NCBI GenBank assembly: GCA_030141605.1 | Contig: JAQGDQ010000530.1 | Location: 62,001-126,000, forward strand | DNA length: 64,000 nucleotides | Origin: Tubiluchus corallicola | Taxonomy: Eukaryota > Animalia > Priapulida | Reading direction: 5' to 3' | Shown: positions 60,236 through 64,000 of the stretch, piece by piece | Position numbering within the stretch: the first letter of the stretch is position 1 | Layout of the letters: each line of letters starts with the position of its first letter | Position numbers and translations under genes: made by a program | Notes under the pieces: generated by a model | Seen by the model: the letters and a program-made list of their open reading frames with translations, nothing else | Databases searched by the model: none | Told to the model about the DNA's origin: nothing

Positions 60236-62396
60236 ATGCAAGTCGTTGGAGCACTTTTTCTGGTAAGTCAAGTGAGCATGTTGGAACACGTGTAGCAACT
60301 TAAGCGTCCAGAATACGTTATGCGTTAATACGTAAAAACTAATTTATCTTGTTTTCAGGGAACCTGTTTATTAGACCTGCTTAATGCGTTATTTCTCTGC
60401 ACCTTTTCCTATTGATTAATACGCAGCTGGATATTGATAAAGTGGCGTTTGGGTAGCATCCTATCCTTATGCGTATGCGTTATCCAACCGCGGAATAGTT
60501 GCGGAATAAAAAATCAACAGGAAATAACTGCAGAAAACAACACATAACGCAGCTCTGTTGCATTGAAAATAATATAACCGATTTTACCTATTTCGCAGCC
60601 CTCATAACGCATGCGCATTCCGGATGTTACACAAATGCGGGGTTTACCAGACGTCCAGAATGCGTTATGCATTATTGCGTAAAAGCCACTTTATACTGTT
60701 TTCAATAAGCCCGTTAATGCGTTATTGTTTCCGCAGCTTTTCGTATCAATTTATACGCAGCTGGATACGGATAACGCATAACGCATTCCAGGTGTCTAGT
60801 AAACGCCACATTAGACTGGCGCAGTAAAAGTTTGTTTAACGATGAGTAATTTACCTTTAAATTTAGTTTAGAGAATTGTAACCAATTATAATCGTCATAC
60901 AGACGTCAGTACATCATAGAAGGACATTCTGACAAAAAATTTACAAATTTTGATGATCTTTACAGTCACGGGGCTTGATTTGTCCCTTTTTACATTGCAG
61001 GTTTTGTTTGTTTCGCTATGGAATCTAAGAAAATGTATTGAAGAAATCAAAAATGAGGGTAAGTACAGGAAACTAACCTGCGCCTGAATATGTGTGTTAA
61101 GATTAATATAAGACTAGCAAAAAATTTTGAGTATAAATCCACTTATAATCAATAATGCGCGAACACCCTATTATAGTGTTCATTTGTTTATCTAACAGAA
61201 AGCCAGCAGCAGCTTTTACTGAAGTAAAAATTACAGACAGAGTACAATAGAATGACGTCAGAACAATGCAAACGTCACTGTAGCTTCTAAGCGAGAAACG
61301 CGGAAAATGGAACCTTTAATCAACTCGCCCACTCCTCCTGGTGGAGGCGTCCTGAAATGTGTCCCTTACCATCGTGTAGCCCCGTTCCTCCTCTTTCCAA
61401 ACAGCTATATATCATCTCCGAAGAGCCCCACCAGGCGCAGGTAGAACGTTTTTCCTACAGGATGCTCGGTCAAAATTTGGAAAACATCGAAAGTTGGGTC
61501 CGGTAAAATGCCCGTTACGGGACGCCGTGGCCCACCTCCACGCGAATCCCCACCCCGGCTCATTCCCGCTCTTCAGAAATAAGAGGTATAAGTTTAGTGA
61601 AAAATGGTCAAAAAGGGCAGTTTTTGTAATTCCCCCCGTTTCTCCCCTCTGGCCTCAATTTGAAAAATAAACCATCAATGAGACCACATTAGACCGAGAC
61701 TTTTCGTTTGATATCTAGATCGCCGAAAATGGTGCCGTCATCGGAACTGTAGCCTTTAATCTTACATAAATATATATATATATATATATATACCGCTGAG
61801 TTACACCATTACAGTGACAGTGTGCATAGTGTATTAGGGAGGCATCCAGTAAAATGTATTTTAAAAGCTATTTATCTGTAAAATTATTGTCAAAACTGAG
61901 CTAGATTAACCTTACTACCTATCGTGCACACAATGCCATTACCAAGAGTAAATGCAACGGAAGACTGATTTTAAAAGTTACGTTTCATAACTTTGTTTAT
62001 ATTTGTGTTAATCATTACATTCTGGGTGCAAATGAACCCTGTCATTCTACGAGTCCCTTAGGCCCTTACACAGTTTTTTCTGCAAAAGCATTTGTCCCAT
62101 TCCACCACGCATCACCCACATCAGCAATGAGATTACATACCAAGATTACTGAGAAGGCATACACGATATGAAATGTATGAAACATATGATTTCAGCCATA
62201 TGGTATATATACATACATAGTGGCCTAAGTCTTTTACTATTTTTTCATTTTTTCAGTTGATTTTGTTTCCTGTAAATGGTTAGACAGTTTCATGAGCGTA
62301 CACACTGGTGAATCACCTGGAGGCAATAAAGTTGTGTTTAGGTCCGGAATAAGAGGGCCAAATCATCCATTAATTAAAGAAGTCACTCATTGTTTG
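60236..62396 (+). CDS. 5' exons of an uncharacterised signal-peptide or signal-anchor protein (partial; continues downstream)
   Basis: Exons 60236-60262, 61001-61058 and 62257-62396 have strong sites (gtaagt, gtaagt, gtgagt; pyrimidine-rich cag) and join in phase: MQVVGALFL|VLFVSLWNLRKCIEEIKNE|VDFVSCKWLDSFMSVHTGESPGGNKVVFRSGIRGPNHPLIKEVTHCL. Not in the ORF track because each exon is short. Confidence 0.6.
61280..61795. mobile_element. GC-rich non-autonomous element, Helitron/Helentron-like, ending in (TA)n
   Basis: Abrupt GC-rich island in an intron with ttcgtttgatatctagatcgccgaaaatggt followed by (TA)n; a partial relative (gggaccacattagattgagatcttt) lies at ~12450. Confidence 0.4.
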
Positions 62397-62475
62397 GTGA
62401 GTATATCATTTTTTTAACTAAATCATTCATAGGATACGAAGAATAATCCACAAAAGATACTGCAAATGATAAATA

Positions 62476-62621
62476 CAGTCAAACCTCGTTATAGCGCCCC
62501 CTTTGTAAGGCCAATCTAGCTTAACGCCCAAATTTGCATGGACATGTATGAATTAATTTACCTATCTATAACGCCAACTTTTTTGCTGTCCCAAAGTAAG
62601 CAGTATAAAGAGGTTTAACTG
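62476..62621. mobile_element. Short Tc1/mariner(pogo)-type MITE
   Basis: TA|CAGTCAAACCTC...GAGGTTTAACTG inverted ends. Confidence 0.65.
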
Positions 62622-62699
62622 TTCACAAAATGTTTGTAGAATTTTCTTTCTAGTCACACTTTTTCTCTACAAATTATCTTAATTCAATATTATATAACT

Positions 62700-62870
62700 T
62701 CTTGTTGTTGTTGTGATTCTTCTTTTTCTTCTTCTTCTTCTTCTTGTTATTTTTCTTCTCCTTCTTCTTCTTCTTTCTCCTCTTGTTGTTGTTTTTCTTC
62801 TTCTTTTTCTCCTTCTTCCTTTTCTTCTTCTTCTTGTTTTTCTTCTCCGTCTAGTTTTTTTCTTCTTCTT
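62700..62870. repeat. (CTT)n-rich microsatellite
   Basis: Read directly from the sequence. Confidence 0.9.
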
Positions 62871-63169
62871 TAACCGTAAAGCGAATTATGTTACATTTAT
62901 TTAGAGATTTGAGTTTTCTTGTGTTTTACTTTCACACGATTTGGGAAAAGGCAACATTCTGCTTGTTTAACATGTTAAACGAAGAATGACGAATGAGAAA
63001 AAGAAAATGGCAATTTGTGTTTTCCGTTTCATGCATAGAAATAACTCTTTAGTAATAAAATCAACACAAACGGCAAGATACAATGTATAATATCCGTTGT
63101 CAGTGGTTACAAAAACAACTTTTAATAGTACACAAAAATTGAATAGTTAAATTTAACTGAACTAGTAGA

Positions 63170-63535
63170 GAATTTATCATGTTTTCAATATTTAGCGTGG
63201 AAATCACGTGCGCCTCGTACATCTTGTAATATTGATGGGGGTTTTATCGAAGCAAATCACTCTGAACTGCCTAGATATTTACCGAACCTTCACGACGCTT
63301 AATACATTAGATGATTGGAGCTATCCTGAAAGACAGAGTGCATGCAAAAATGAAAGAAGAACATAAGATTGATCGGAATTCAAAAAACAAGATGGAGAGA
63401 CATCTGCTAGACGTAGACAAGAATCTTCAGTGTTCAACAATGATCTCACAGAATCACTGTTCAGATCATAACTAGTATAAGACCTCTCGATATTGCAGAT
63501 GTGTGAGATGTTTGAAGCTTCCACGTTAAATAAGA
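63170..63535 (+). mobile_element. Degenerate Tc1/mariner transposase C-terminal remnant
   Basis: IGAILKDRVHAKM resembles the helix after the SPDLNPIE motif; multiple stops. Confidence 0.4.
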
Positions 63536-63537
63536 GA

Positions 63538-63990
63538 CCATTAGACCTTAGAGGACAAAAGGGGGACAAAAGTAGGTTTCAGAAAAGTCGCCTTAATAAA
63601 TATATTATTTTATAGCATACTACGTAGTACTACGTATATCGTACTCGCCTTGAAAAGATTTTTTGCTTGTTTCATTTTAAATCTCCCGCATTACTGTTCC
63701 GACCGCGTCATTACATGACGTCATATACGCACATCAGGGGAAGAAAGGTAAATGTTAACTTGTCAAAGTTGCTGCGTCATCGCGGCAGTTTAAATTTACA
63801 TGTTTCATATAGCATTACTGCCGACTTAAGCCCTGTATGCAAAAAGGCAGTATATAAGTGGTACAAAATTTCAAGACGAATTTTTTAGCTTTGTGTAAAT
63901 AGAACTAGTGCTTTAAATACAACAATCAACATAAGCCATCTGTAAGGCTTTTGTCGGAAACTGCAAATGACGAGTTACGTAATGTAGCAG
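63538..63990. mobile_element. Dispersed repeat family C; a reverse copy in the TTLL intron is split into ~26270-26461 and ~24880-25050
   Basis: atttaaaatctcccgca...cattacatgacgtca and gcaaaaaggcagtat...caagacgaatttt blocks match in reverse complement. Confidence 0.7.
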
Positions 63991-64000
63991 ATGAGGACAG

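Overview
AT-rich eukaryotic (invertebrate-animal-like) genomic DNA with GT-AG spliceosomal introns, microsatellites and many decayed transposons. I found no rRNA, tRNA or CRISPR. Four intron-containing genes were assembled by hand with phase-checked splice junctions. (1) A large, low-complexity minus-strand gene of unknown function (ATG 14205, running off the left edge). (2) A minus-strand TTLL4-like glutamylase gene (45833->21945) whose first coding exon looks like a signal peptide and whose specificity residues are altered. (3) A plus-strand MTAP gene (48153->56083) whose first intron is almost entirely a 14x84-bp tandem amplification of its own exon-2 splice acceptor plus half of exon 2. 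(4) The 5' part of a plus-strand gene with an N-terminal hydrophobic signal (60236->beyond 62396). The two strongest leads are a possibly secreted or luminal TTLL ATP-grasp ligase and the MTAP decoy-acceptor array. All family calls come from motif recognition and recalled reference sequences, not database searches; transposon boundaries without TSDs are approximate.
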